Assembly: GCA_002269645.1 (NCBI GenBank)
Contig: NIVC01000109.1
Coordinates: 62,001-126,000 of the forward strand
Direction of reading: 5' to 3'
From: Macrostomum lignano
Taxonomy: Eukaryota
Length of the DNA: 64,000 nucleotides
A model generated the notes under the pieces. The model saw only the letters and a list, made by a program, of their open reading frames with translations. It was not told where the DNA came from and made no database searches. Of the stretch, positions 21,726-33,968 are shown piece by piece; position 1 is the stretch's first letter; every line of letters begins with the position of its first letter. The position numbers were made by a program, and so were the translations under genes.

Positions 21726-24700
21726 TCAAGCGAACACCATATTCCCATCGTCGTCCATGTGACCAACGATGTGCAGGTACAGAGTCTCCAGGCTGCCCGA
21801 CGGGTCAGTGCCCGACCCGATCACCGTGGCATATTCGGTGTTGTTCAGTAGGTTCTACAAATGGCAGAGCGAATGGGTGCAGAGAGCAACTCGGTATCGT
21901 GCAACAGTGTAAAATATAACCGGAAAAAATACTTGGATTTTTGCTACGGAAAATTACTTGTATTAGGAAAATGCCTTGCGAGAGCCAGAGACTGATGAGG
22001 CTAACCCATAGACATAACCAATCCTGCCCTATATCGCGTGGTTTGACCATAGACTTATCCAATCCCGCATGCGGGGGCGTAGCCCAGTGGTCCAGTGTGG
22101 CGCTCTGATGTGCCAGCGGCCCAGGCTCGATTCCTAGTGCAGTCGCATTAATTTGGGGCTAAATTGAAATCTCGGCTTGGCTCTGCTCGTGCAATTAACA
22201 TCCTTGAGGGCCAACCCCCAAAGCACAGTGAAGTGTACATAGTGTAAATAAAGTTAGGGCCGCTCATTCACTCCTGTGTAGTGTGCCTGCGTATGACTGC
22301 GTACGTATCCGCGCGCTTGTGTGCCTTTGCTCAGGGGAGTCGGCTGAATGGGTAGTAATGCCTCTCGCCGGTTGTGTGACAATGTCGCTTAAAGTGCGCC
22401 AGGGTAGTTTAGATGTTGCCACAACTGGTGACTACATGCCTAAGTTGGAACTTCTGTCTAACGCTTTAGCTCGTACACAACAAATTTCTCTGAATCCAAC
22501 CTTGTACAGGTAGTGCGACCGCATGAAGTCCTGCTCCAGTTCCAGCGACGTGTGGCGATATGAGTCATTGACCTGCTTGCCCGACGGCTCTCCCAGGGTG
22601 ACCCCGCGACGGCGACGCAGCAGAACTGGCACGGCCACTAGAAGCAGCAACAGCAGAAGCAGCACCGGCAGCAGAAATAGCAGATTTTTGTTTCCATTGC
22701 CTCGGATGATTGGCAGTTTAGCTAGAATTTAAAATAGCCCAGACCGTGACATTTTATTGCAAAGCATAGTTAATTATCTGTTATAAGTATTTAAGAAATT
22801 ATTTTTTGAGTTTATCGCTAAATCTATCGAAAAAGATTCACAAGCTACTACTTCTACGATGCATTTGCTTCTTTCGATCAATACTTTGCTTTTTTATTAT
22901 TGGCGTGCAAACTTTAATTAGGCTTTAATTAAGCTCGAAAGCTTTAGATCCAAGACAAAAAGAATTGGATGCTCAAATTCATAGTTATTAATAGATTTCA
23001 CAGCATTCGAAGCAATACTCACTCGGGGCATCATCTGTCGAGTTGAGAATCCAATAATGGGTCTTGGAGAAATTCACTTTTCCATGTTGTGAAATCACAC
23101 AGGAAATGTTGATTTCATCGTTGTGAGCCTCGAGCAGGTGAGTCAAGCTGTGAGAGGCCTGGCCTGTCTGAAGAGCCAAGGCGGTGTCAGAGGAATTCTA
23201 CAATGAGATACCATAAGATATTTATACTTGTGATAATTACGAGACGATATGACATTTTTTGCGGCTGACTGACCAGCTGAGCTCCGTTCGCAAAGCACTG
23301 AGCCTCGGGACTCGGATTGCCATCGGAGATGTTCAGCATTGCAGAAAAACTGGTTCCGTTAAAGCTTGGGTCGGACAGATTTACGTAGGGCTCGTCTGAG
23401 GGTGCAGAATGCATTGGTGCATTTTACGAGCGTAAGTGCATTGGTTCTGAGGCTTCCTACAAATTTTCTGCTCATCGAATACCTGCAGGATGTCAGGAGA
23501 GACACTGAACACAAAGAATCCTCTTTTCTTTCTGTATATCCTGAACCTACTACGAGTATATACAGACTGTGGTGCTGACGTAAAAGTGAATTGAGCTAGT
23601 CTGAAGCTAGTTCGAACTCGTGACTAAGAAAATGCAGCATTTATGTTTTAGAGATCAGACTTTCTTATCGACTCTAAATAAAACTAATGAACTAACGATG
23701 CTGTTATAGTTTCAACTTGAAGTTATAAAACTAAAAAGAAAATTAGTACAGCAAACCTGCTTACAGAAAACGGTGATGTTTTGCCGAAAATTGCTGCTCA
23801 GATCTTCGAGGCCCGTCTGAGAGACGCTGCACGCCACCGAGCCGCCGTCCATCCACCTCGTGGAGTTAGCGCTGAATTTCGTGCTCTGACCCGACTGAGT
23901 CCCATCAATGCTGCTCATGCTTATATTCACACCCTGAGCTGTCCGCAGCCAGCACCGGTGACTGGGCTCAGGGTTGCCACCGAATGACCGAACTGAGACT
24001 GACACGGGCTCGCCCTCCTTCATCACCAAAGGCTGGGTTGCATTCCATGAGCTGATTGGTGCATCTGTAGATCGTTAGATAGAGAAAAATATTTTACTGG
24101 AGAGTTCACATTGGAAACAACTACAAGTTACACTCGTGAAGTTTGAAAGCAATCCATGAAGCATTTAATTCGCTGTAGAGAACTCACACAGTACACTGAT
24201 GGAGTCACTGGTGACTGACTGCTTGAATATGATGGAGCCGTTTGAAGCCGCTTGCTCAACTTTACAGCTGATATTATTTCCATTGTCACTTGTCAGTACA
24301 TCGATTGTCCACACGGATGACGCATTTGACTCCACAGGTCTCTGCAAGGTACTCGTACAAGCCATTGTGTCAAATTTCGAGATACAAACAATTCTTCGCA
24401 AGCGCTTCTGTGACCTCACCTGGATTTGTGTTAAACCTCGCTGAGCAACTCTGCAGGAGTGCCGACCGGGCGGGTTTCCTTGACCGGATGCCAGCAGGGT
24501 CACTCGAACTGCAGATCCGTTGCGAATCCGCCTTGACGACAGATGGACCGACAAGTTGCGGTTTCGGTCTGAAAGCGAGAGGAAAAATTGGCACCTGTAT
24601 GCAATCAATTTTCTATACAAAAGACACAAGAGATGAAGCACATGCTTACAAAAAACGGTGATGTTTTGCAGAAAATTGCTGCTCAGATCTTCGAGGCCGG

Positions 24701-27700
24701 TCTGAGAGACGCTGCACGCCACTGAGCCGCCGTCCATCCGCCTTGTGGAGTTCGCGCTGAAGTTGGTGCTCTTCGCTATGCTGCCTGTCTGATCCGATTG
24801 AGTTCCATCAGTGCTGCTCATGCTTATATTCCCACCCTGAGCTGTCCGCAGCCAGCACCGGTGACTGGGCTCAGGGTTGCCACCGACTGACCGAACTGAG
24901 ACTGACACGGGCTCGCCCTCCTTCATCACCAGAGGCTGAGTTGCAGTCCACGAGTTGTTCGGTGGATCTATGCATGACAGAAAATGTTGTTACATATTAT
25001 ATTACATGTAAATATTTTATATCCCGGATGCTTCTGTGGATACTAAACTAAGTTTACGAGTACAGTGATTGATTTTTCGCTCCACTCAAACGAACCGAAC
25101 TTGGTTTTTGTCTTTTCAAAACTATATTTTGCGGTGAATTTTTCCTGATTTAGTAGGGAAAAATCTTTTAATTTAGAGTTAGAAATCAATGTTTCTTGGA
25201 AACTATCAACAGACAGTCGCTTAATGGGTAATTTCGGTGATCAGAAAACTCACACAGCACACTGACTGACCCGCTGCTCACTGACAGGTTAAACACGGCT
25301 GGACCGTCTGCAGCAGCTTGCACGGCTTGGCAGGCGACTCTCAGCCCATTGTCACTGGCCTGTGCTCTGAATGCCCACACAGATGATGCATTCGAGTCCG
25401 ATGCTTCCTGAAAACACGCATTCAAATTTATGAAGCAGGAGCTAAATATCATAGGCTGGCTTTTGTTAACTGATTCGAATTTTATTACCTTTTCTTTGCT
25501 CAGACTTCTTCCATCCAGCTGACAGAAATGCTGAGCAGGCGGATTTCCCCGATCAGAGGCCAGCAGCTCAACTTTAACATTTGAGCCACTTCGAATACCG
25601 CCTGAAGGGATTCTGATGGATGCGCTGCTGATGGGATCTGAGAGTTTAACATAAAGATGAATTATTTCAGGAACAATTACCTACGATTTTCTTAACAAAG
25701 TCTATATGCACATGCATGTTACAGACAGACTGTACACCAAGATTTATGCGAGTGAAAAGGGGGATAGAAGTACCTTGTGTACTATATTCAATTTGACAAT
25801 CGTCAAGCCAAGAGCATGATATAATTTCATTTCCCCCTTTTTCAGATGAGTATGCTTTGATACAGTAATTATTACTAATAGACGAATGGCTTTAGGAATC
25901 CGGTATGAGCAAAAATTTATCTGTATTGAAGCGAATGTCGATTTCATATTGAAATTCATTCGGCATTACTTGCTCTGCTAAACCAATCAATGCATCATTT
26001 CCTATCAGAAATATGTCTAGCTGAAGTACCATAAGCTGTGTACACATCTAAGCTATGTACACATGAAATCCAGCCTGATTTCATTTTTAAATTGTGGCTC
26101 ACAATAAACGGTCACATTTTGCTGAAAATATCCAGCCAGATCAGTGAAATTCTGCTGAGACACCCGGCACAGCAAAGCGGCTCCGTCCATCCGCCTCGTG
26201 GAGTTCGCGCTGAAGTTGGTGCTCATCGCTATGCTGCCTGTCTGATCCGACTGAGTTCCATCAGTGCTGCTCATGTTTAAATTCCCACCTTGAGCTGTCC
26301 GCAGCCAGCACCAGTGACTGGGCTCAGGGTTGCCACCGACTGACCGAACTGAGACTGACACGGGCTCGCCCTCCTTCATCACCAGAGGCTGAGTTGCAGT
26401 CCATGAGTTCCTTGACGCATCTGTTGAACAAATCAATTCATTTCGATTGCGTTCCATCCACTCAGAATCATAACAATGGGAAACAAAAACGACCCGAACT
26501 CACAGAGCACATTGAGTTTGTCACTGACTACTGACTTGTTGAACAAAACTGTGCTGCTTTCAGTCATCTGCAAGAGATCACACTGGATTTGCTGTCCGTT
26601 GTCTCCGGCCAGAGCTTTCAGTATCCATAGCGATGAAGCATTTGATTCAGATGGAGGCTGGAATCAGTTTAGGGAACGAGGTTATTGTCATGTATCACCT
26701 GTCAGTCAAATACTACAAACTACAGCCTTACCATAATCTGTGTGAGATTCCTTCCAGAAGCAGAGCAGCTGTGCAGAGACGGAGGATTTCCGCGGTTAGA
26801 GGCAAGCAGCAGAATTTGAGCTGAGGAATTCGCTCGGATCTGCGGTGCGGCCAGTCTGATGGAGGCGCTCCGCACTGGGTCTGCGGTGTTTTCATATGAA
26901 ATTGGCTACTGTGTAGAAATTGTGTCGCAAACAATAATATCAACTATCCACCAAGTGACTCACACAGAGCAGCTGGCAGCGGATGCCGGGCCCACGTCTC
27001 GATCAGTCCCGACTGATTCACCAGACACGCAACGGATGCGCTGCTGCCCCACCGTCTGCTCACAGTTACTGAGAATGTGCTGCTTGAGTTTGTGCTCTGA
27101 AGTGAGTTCAGCTCATGCTGTTTTCTGCGGGTTTTGCAACTCAGCTGCAAAACTGTAAAATACTCACCGAGACAATCCGCAGTGTCGAGTTCGGTACTCC
27201 CTCTGACTGCAGAAAGCAGCTATGGCTGGTCGCCAGCCAGTTTCCTTGAGATGAGTCAGCTGTCAGATTGACAGTCGCCCCGTCTATCCAGTTGGAGTCT
27301 GGCGGAAGCAAAAACCGAGTGATGCAGGGCTCTGGAAAGGTTCGAGACGTTGGTGAGATGAGAATTGTTGCTGTTTGAGCAGTGAGAGCTGACTCACCTT
27401 TTATCTCAGGTATCTGAGCTGAGACTGTTGTTATGGTCTGACTGTTGCACTCGAGGCTGCAAAATAATGTTCCGTTCTGATAGCTCAGCGATACCGGAAC
27501 GCTGAAGTACGAGATGAGGTCAAAGCTCATATTTCTGTTTTTTGTGATGAGTTTCTAAAAATTCAAAATGCCACAGAAGACTTCCATTCAGATACTGAAT
27601 GATTGTTTTAAAAGTATTTTTAAAAATTGCGAACATGAAATTTTTATTCTCACTTCAGATATTGCCTTCAGTTCTTTACTCGAATCAGTTGCATTCGATA

Positions 27701-30329
27701 CAGACAATGCCACCGAACACTTGTGCACAGGCATTGGAAACGAGCCTTGAGTGATGAATGTGAAAACTGCAGTACTGTTGACCACCCAGTGCTTAGTGAA
27801 GCCAAGGTTCAGCTGAATGGAGGTTGGGATTTCTGAAATGTTTAGAGCTGGTGCACATACTCTGGAGCCAAACAGCTCGCTACTTCCCCAAAAATTCCCC
27901 AGAACACAAACAGCTCGCTACTTCCCCAAAATAATTCCCCAGAACACAAGTAGCTCGCTACTTCCCCAAAAATTCCCCAGAACACAAACAGCTCGCTACT
28001 TCCCCAAAAAATTCCCCAGAACACAAACAGCTCGCTACTTCCCCAAAAAATTCCCCCAGAACACAAACAGCTCGCTACTTTCCCCAAAATAATTCCCCAG
28101 AACACAAACAGCTCGCTACTTCCCCAAAAATTCCCCAGAACACAAACAGCTCGCTACTTCCCCAAAATAATTCCCCAGAACACAAGTAGCTCGCTACTTC
28201 CCCAAAAATTCCCCAGAACACAAACAGCTCGCTACTTCCCCAAAAAATTCCCCAGAACACAAACAGCTCGCTACTTCCCCAAAAAATTTCACAGAACACA
28301 AACAGCTCGCTACTTCCCCAAAAAATTCCCCAGAACACAAACAGCTCGCTACTTCCCCAAAAAATTCCCCAGAACACAAACAGCTCGCTACTTTCCCCAA
28401 AATAATTCCCCAGAACACAAACAGCTCGCTACTTCCCCAAAAATTCCCCAGAACACAAACAGCTCGCTACTTCCCCAAAATAATTCCCCAGAACACAAGT
28501 AGCTCGCTACTTCCCCAAAAATTCCCCAGAACACAAACAGCTCGCTACTTCCCCAAAAATTCCCCAGAACACAAACAGCTCGCTACTTCCCCAAAAAATT
28601 CCCCAGAACACAAACAGCTCGCTACTTCCCCAAAAAATTCCCCCAGAACACAAACAGCTCGCTACTTCCCCAAAAAATTCCCCAAAACACAAACAGCTCG
28701 CTACTTCCCCAAAAAATTCCCCAGAACTTAAACAGCTCGCTACTTCCCCAAAATAATTCCCCAGAACACAAACAGCTCGCTACTTTCCCCAAAATAATTC
28801 CCCAGAACACAAACAGCACGCTACTTCCCCAAAAATTCCCCAGAACACAAACAGCTCACTACTTCCCCAAAAAATTCCCCAGAACTTAAACAGCTCGCTA
28901 CTTCCCCAAAAAAATTCCCCCAGAACACAAACAACTCGCTACTTCCCCAAAAAATTCCCCAGAACACAAACAGCTCGCTACTTCCTCTAAAAATTCCCCA
29001 GAACACAAACAGCTCGCTACTTTTCCCAAAAATTCCCCAGAACACAAACAGCTCGCTACTTCCCCAAAAAATTCCCCAGAACTTAAACAGCTCGCTACTT
29101 CCCCAAAATAATTCCCCAGAACACAAACAGCTCGCTACTTTTCCCAAAAATTCCCCAGAACACAAACAGCTCGCTACTTCCCCAACAAATCCCCAGAATA
29201 GAGTCAACGCCCCACATTCAGAACTCACTGATTGACTTCCAACCGCGGAGTCCCAACGTCTGTGAAGTCACCGCCAGAACTCCATCAGTGCAGCTGTGCC
29301 GGCACTGCAGTGACGCACCATGCAGTTCCCAAGTCATGGTAATGTCGTTCAGAATCAGGAAACTTGGTCTATAAGTCTTCTGTACGATTGAAGGGAAACT
29401 TTAATGTAAAACTGTTTTACATTTTTACACTGCAATTTGATTTCGATTCAGTCCTTACGATGCTCAGGGCCGTGACGTCACCGCTACGGGTTCTGATGCT
29501 GCAGTTCACCGAGTCAGGCTTCTCTGAGTGGCACGGCAGCGACTCTTTAACCATCACCTTGTCATTTTGCGTCAGGTCTGACAACTGTTCAACAGAGCAT
29601 CTTTGTTTGCCTTCTGGCTTGCAAAAGTATTCTCTAAAGCAGCCAGACTCCTGTGCTTCATCTTGTTCATCTTCCTCAAGTTCCACCATCACGAAGTTCA
29701 TGTACTTGTCGGCTGCATTGGCAACGAATTTCCTCAGCAACACGAACCTCGGCAGCTGCAATGGGATTCAAAAGTGAGCGCAGCGAGTTCGAATATCGAA
29801 TGGATCCAGTAAGCGGGTGCCAAACCTTGGAATAATCCCGAGTTGCGCAGGTTATTTTGTATGAAAAGTTCGAGTTGCCAAAGTTTCCAGTGACTCCGCA
29901 CAGGTGAAATTCGATCAGACTGTGGTTGAAACTCGCGATGCAGTCAAGTGGACTCTCAGTCAGACCTGCCGGCATCTGGTGGCCGAGCAGAACCTCGATG
30001 CCCTGGGCCCTGACTTTTTCTGAAACTTTAGCTATATAATCAGGTATGATGTAAAATGGCTGTTCATTTGAATATTTAGTTTAAACAGCTACTTGAAATT
30101 GACAACTCACCGACATTCCTTCGGTGGACAATCACAGAGCGCACTGAAACACATCGAGCAAGTTTCACAAGCAGCCACTGGTAGCCAGAAGCATCTGGAG
30201 TGTTGCTGGAGTGAAAATAGTCCCATTGCCATGGTCTGGCTGATGAGTCACGGAAGCAGCCTTGTCTGTTGTATGCGGAAGATTGCCAGGCGTCAGAAAT
30301 CTCCTTGGCTGTTATGTTGACGCCAACGC
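21726..30329 (-). CDS. Receptor paralog C: F-type-lectin-like domain + ~10 Ig domains + TM + tail with two ITSM-like motifs; signal-peptide exon not found
   Basis: Lectin exons at 30329-30111, 30019-29826 and 29755-29459, then 29379-29229. Ig exons run from ~27835 to ~23030 (repeated GGNPEPSHRC and DRGNPP motifs). TM exon at 22700-22501 (LLFLLPVLLLLLLLVAVPVLLRRRR). Terminal exon at 21854-21726 (NLLNNTEYATVIG...ETLYLHIVGHMDDDGNMVFA*). Confidence 0.78.
22072..22160 (+). mobile_element. tRNA-related head of a second SINE family or a tRNA pseudogene
   Basis: GGGGGCGTAGCCCAGTGG A box and GGCTCGATTCCT B-box-like motif; no convincing cloverleaf. Confidence 0.45.
27865..29190. repeat. ~39-bp intronic minisatellite (CCCAGAACACAAACAGCTCGCTACTTCCCCAAAAAATTC)
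   Basis: About 34 units; the same array occupies the equivalent intron of paralogs E and G. Confidence 0.97.
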
Positions 30330-30920
30330 CTGCAGCATTGTTCGGTGAGGTGTGATGACCTTGGATTTCTTGATGGCGAAGTCGTTCTTCCCTATCGCTG
30401 CATAATGGCCCCGAGAGTCTCTTCGATGTCGCACGCGAAGGCGTATTCAGCATGCCAGTGAAGTATGAGACAGACTAGGCCTACGAGCTAAGGTCTGCGA
30501 TGCTTCACGCCTGCCCCTATCTTCAGCAGGTCAAGGCTGGTGGGAGGTCTGCACCCTCTATTTGCCTCTGGCAGCCGCAGACTCCCCCACGCTGTCTCGC
30601 AAGTGGACCCAGGGGTACTCGTCCCCGCGTGTGTTCAAGGCAGACCCTAGGGCTGCTGGACAGACTGGGCTCTGGCGCTGGCGACCCTATCCAGTGGCTT
30701 CGGCCGAATTTGGGTATGCGGGTCTGGCCCGCCAGCCTGCAGGCCGTGGTGCTGCTTAACGTACCCTCTAATGCCTAAGGTGTTTGACCGTGCCGATGGG
30801 CTGGAAGGCCGGGGAGTAGTCCGGTCGCTAGCGGTCCTTTTTTCAAACCGGCTGGCTTGAGGTGTCGGCCAGTCGGGAACTCAACTCGCGTAACGAGTAG
30901 CCCTCCCCCGCTTTTCAGCT

Positions 30921-32306
30921 ATGGCCACTAACGCCAATTTTATCAATGAAACTGACCCGGTCGCCACTGGCCCACCGGGATCAGCCGCTCTGGTAGCTAC
31001 CACTGGTAGCACCAACGCCCAACCTGGTCCAACCGGGCCAGCTGACGCTGCCGCCGAGCACCCTGGCCGCCAGTCTAGCCGACCGCGCACGGCCGAGTCC
31101 CGACGGCAGCGAAATATCCGCCGTAATCGTAAGCGGCAGGAGAAGCGGGCTGCTGCTGCGTCCGCGGAGGGCGGGCAAGCCGCGGTGAGGCCTTCGGGAG
31201 CCACCGCAGCGGGGAGGCCCTCTGGGGAGTCCGGTGGCGCGGCTGGGCCGTCAGGAACCGCCGTGTCCTCGGACTCTCAGGGGGGGGGGGGCAACCCTGC
31301 CGGCCTACCGCCTTCCAAGGACAAAGCGGCCCCGCTCAAGACCTCCGAGTCCTACGCCTCCAAGGTCAAGCAGCCGCTGCAACCCGCCGTGATGATCCTC
31401 GGCGGGGATTTTGACCTGACGCCCGAGCAGCTCGACGTCGCGTGGCGCACCATCGACGAGGGCTTGCTCAACCTAACCCTGGAGGGCGTCTTCGTGGACA
31501 TCGTCAATTCCACCAAGGCGAACGGGTGCATCCTACTGTGGTGCAAATCCGAGGAGAGCACCCAGCTCCTGCGGGATCAGCTGCCCAAGTTCGACTGGCA
31601 CAGTGACCTGGGCCAGCTGACCTTCGCCCTGGAGAGCGAGCGGCCGAAGACCATCCGCCATCGGATTTGGGTCCCGGCCGACAGTGCGATCAAGTCCGGG
31701 GAGCAGCTGCGGCAGCTCCTGCTCAAGCGGCACCCGGATCTCGACGCCAGTGGTCTTGTGTACCACAGCACGGTCCGCAAGGGCACGACCGGGGCCACCG
31801 TCATCCTCGGCCTGACGGAGGGATGGGCCAAGCGGCTACCGCACGGCACAAACCTCCACCTTGGTCTCCATCAACTGACCATCCTCCGCTGTGAGGAGGG
31901 AAAGGTGGAGACCAAGAACGACGGGAAGCGCGCCGCTCCCGGAGCTGGGGCTCAGGCTCCGCCGGCCAAGCGGCAGCAGCAACCCGATCCCGAGCCTAAC
32001 AAGGCTATTCGCGCTGCTGAGTCCGCCTCGCGCGGACGTAGACCCGCCCGCAGTAACCGGCGGTCCGGGCTAATCCAGCGCGCACTTGACGAAGCTCAGT
32101 CTCTGAGACTTCACCTCGAGCAGACTCGTGCTGCTCGCAAAAACACCGAAAGCCAGCCGAGGGAACTGGACGACGGCATGGCTCAGCCTTCCAACTGGTG
32201 GGATTACCACCAGGAGGACGCTGCCGGCCGAGCTCAGACTCCCGACGGCGGGGCGCAAGGCGAAGGCAGCAGCCGTACCCCAGTCGCTGGGGGGAGGGCG
32301 GTGTAG
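30921..32306 (+). CDS. LINE ORF1 (nucleic-acid-binding, gag-like)
   Basis: 461-aa ORF immediately upstream of the APE-RT ORF, with basic/low-complexity termini and a SYASKVK motif. Confidence 0.8.
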   Translation: MATNANFINETDPVATGPPGSAALVATTGSTNAQPGPTGPADAAAEHPGRQSSRPRTAESRRQRNIRRNRKRQEKRAAAASAEGGQAAVRPSGATAAGRPSGESGGAAGPSGTAVSSDSQGGGGNPAGLPPSKDKAAPLKTSESYASKVKQPLQPAVMILGGDFDLTPEQLDVAWRTIDEGLLNLTLEGVFVDIVNSTKANGCILLWCKSEESTQLLRDQLPKFDWHSDLGQLTFALESERPKTIRHRIWVPADSAIKSGEQLRQLLLKRHPDLDASGLVYHSTVRKGTTGATVILGLTEGWAKRLPHGTNLHLGLHQLTILRCEEGKVETKNDGKRAAPGAGAQAPPAKRQQQPDPEPNKAIRAAESASRGRRPARSNRRSGLIQRALDEAQSLRLHLEQTRAARKNTESQPRELDDGMAQPSNWWDYHQEDAAGRAQTPDGGAQGEGSSRTPVAGGRAV

Positions 32307-32457
32307 CGCGTCTAGGTGACTCACCTGCTGTGGGCGCCGTGTCCGCCTCCGCGGCGGCTGGGGAGGCGGCTGGGCCTGAGCCAATGGAAACTGGCGACTC
32401 AACTCTCACCGATGAGGCTGAGAATGAGTTGCTTTTCTCCTCCCCTGGACAGTAGAC

Positions 32458-33968
32458 ATGACGGTCTCCCAGGGCATCCACTGCTTGCAGGTCAACCTGC
32501 AGCACAGCATTGCTGCTTCGGTCATCCTCTTGAAGCACACTGACCAATACGCGCCAGGGATTATCCTTATCCAGGAACCTTGGACGCTAAGGGGCAGGCC
32601 CCAACATGTCCCCACCGGCTACCAGTGTTTAACCGCTGGCACCCGGGAGGGAAACCTGACACCAAGATCCTGCATCATGGTGTCCAGTTCTATTAACGCA
32701 TGGCTCAGATCGGACCTGTCCACCAGGGACATCTGTGTCATCCAGTCTGAAGACATACTCCCTGGGAGGACTACCCTCATCGCCTCGGTTTACCTACCGG
32801 GCGACGGCGAGATGATCCCAGGGGAGCTTGTCACATTGGTCGAGCTCTGCTCCACCAGAAATTATGAGCTGCTTGTGGCAGGCGATATCAACGCCCACCA
32901 TACCCACTGGGGCAGTTCTGATATTAACCAGAGAGGTGAATACCTCCTGGCTTATATTGCTACTACAACCCTTGAGTTCTGTAACTCGGGTAGTACCCCT
33001 ACCTTCAATAACGGACGCCGATCGGAGGTGCTGGACGCCACCCTCGCCACGCCCAGGCTCTTCCAGAGCACTAGGGAGTGGCGGGTGCTTCCTGAGGCGT
33101 CCCTCTCCGATCACAAGTTCATCTCTTTCACGCTGGCCAGCGCTCGAAACGCAGGCCAGCTTTACTGGAAACGGAATGCTAGGAATACCGACTGGACCGC
33201 CTTCAGGCTTGCCCTGGAGGAGACCTATCGTTGCACTAGCGCTCCAGTCTCCATCAACACCTGCGAGGAAGCAGATGATTTTGCGGCCGCACTTACGGAC
33301 TCGCTCACTGCTGCCTTCGAAGCCTCATGCCCACTAAAGGCATACAAAGGCAAACAGTCGGCCCCATGGTGGAACCCGCAGCTTGGCGACCTCCGTCGCA
33401 GAGCCAAAAGGCTTCACCGCAGGGCCCAAAAAACTAAAAACCCGGCCGACCAAACCGCCTACCTGAACTCTATCCACGAGTTCAAGAGGCAGGTTAGGAA
33501 CGCCAAAACCAACAAGTGGCGCGAATACTGTGAGGAACTTGAGGGCTCCCGCCCCACCTCCAGAATCGTTAAAGCCCTCACCCTGGACAAAGTGTCCAAA
33601 CTCTCCTCAGTCAAGAGAGCCGACGGCTCGCTCACTGAGAACCCAGGAGAAACACTGGAAGCGATGCTAACAGCGTTTTTCCCGAACGAACCAGCCAGGC
33701 CCGACCCCACTGACCACTCAGTGGGCGGTCACGTACTGGCTGACTCAATCATCACGGAGGACCGCGTTACTAAAGCAGTCTCCTCCTTCAAACCCTTCAA
33801 ATCCCCAGGACCGGACGGCGTTATGCCAGCCTTCCTGCGGGAGGCGGTGAAATGCACCGGTTTCCTGCAGAACCTTTGCCGGCTTCTGAAAGCTTGCATT
33901 GCTCTCGGCTTTGTTCCGAAACCCTGGACCGAGGCCAAGGTGGTTTTTATCCCCAAGCCCGGCCGGGG
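32458..33968 (+). pseudogene. LINE ORF2 5' part (APE endonuclease and RT N-terminus)
   Basis: APE motifs as above; ends at VVFIPKPG where the foldback insertion begins. Confidence 0.92.

Noticed and set aside
20597-21919. Long repetitive ORFs (416-aa IPPIQFPQYNSPNT; WGNCIGGIVLGELY)
   Set aside because: They are translations of a 14-bp satellite that is open in several frames on both strands, so there is no evidence of a real protein.
27817-29228. Hydrophobic repeat ORFs (FWGIFWGSSELFV)
   Set aside because: They are the 39-bp intronic array, flanked by proper donor and acceptor sites and variable in length among paralogs.
29756-29825. Apparent frameshift between lectin ORFs in every paralog
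   Set aside because: It is explained by a conserved ~70-nt GT-AG intron (AAG|GTTTG...CATTGCAG|), so it is not a pseudogene lesion or recoding.
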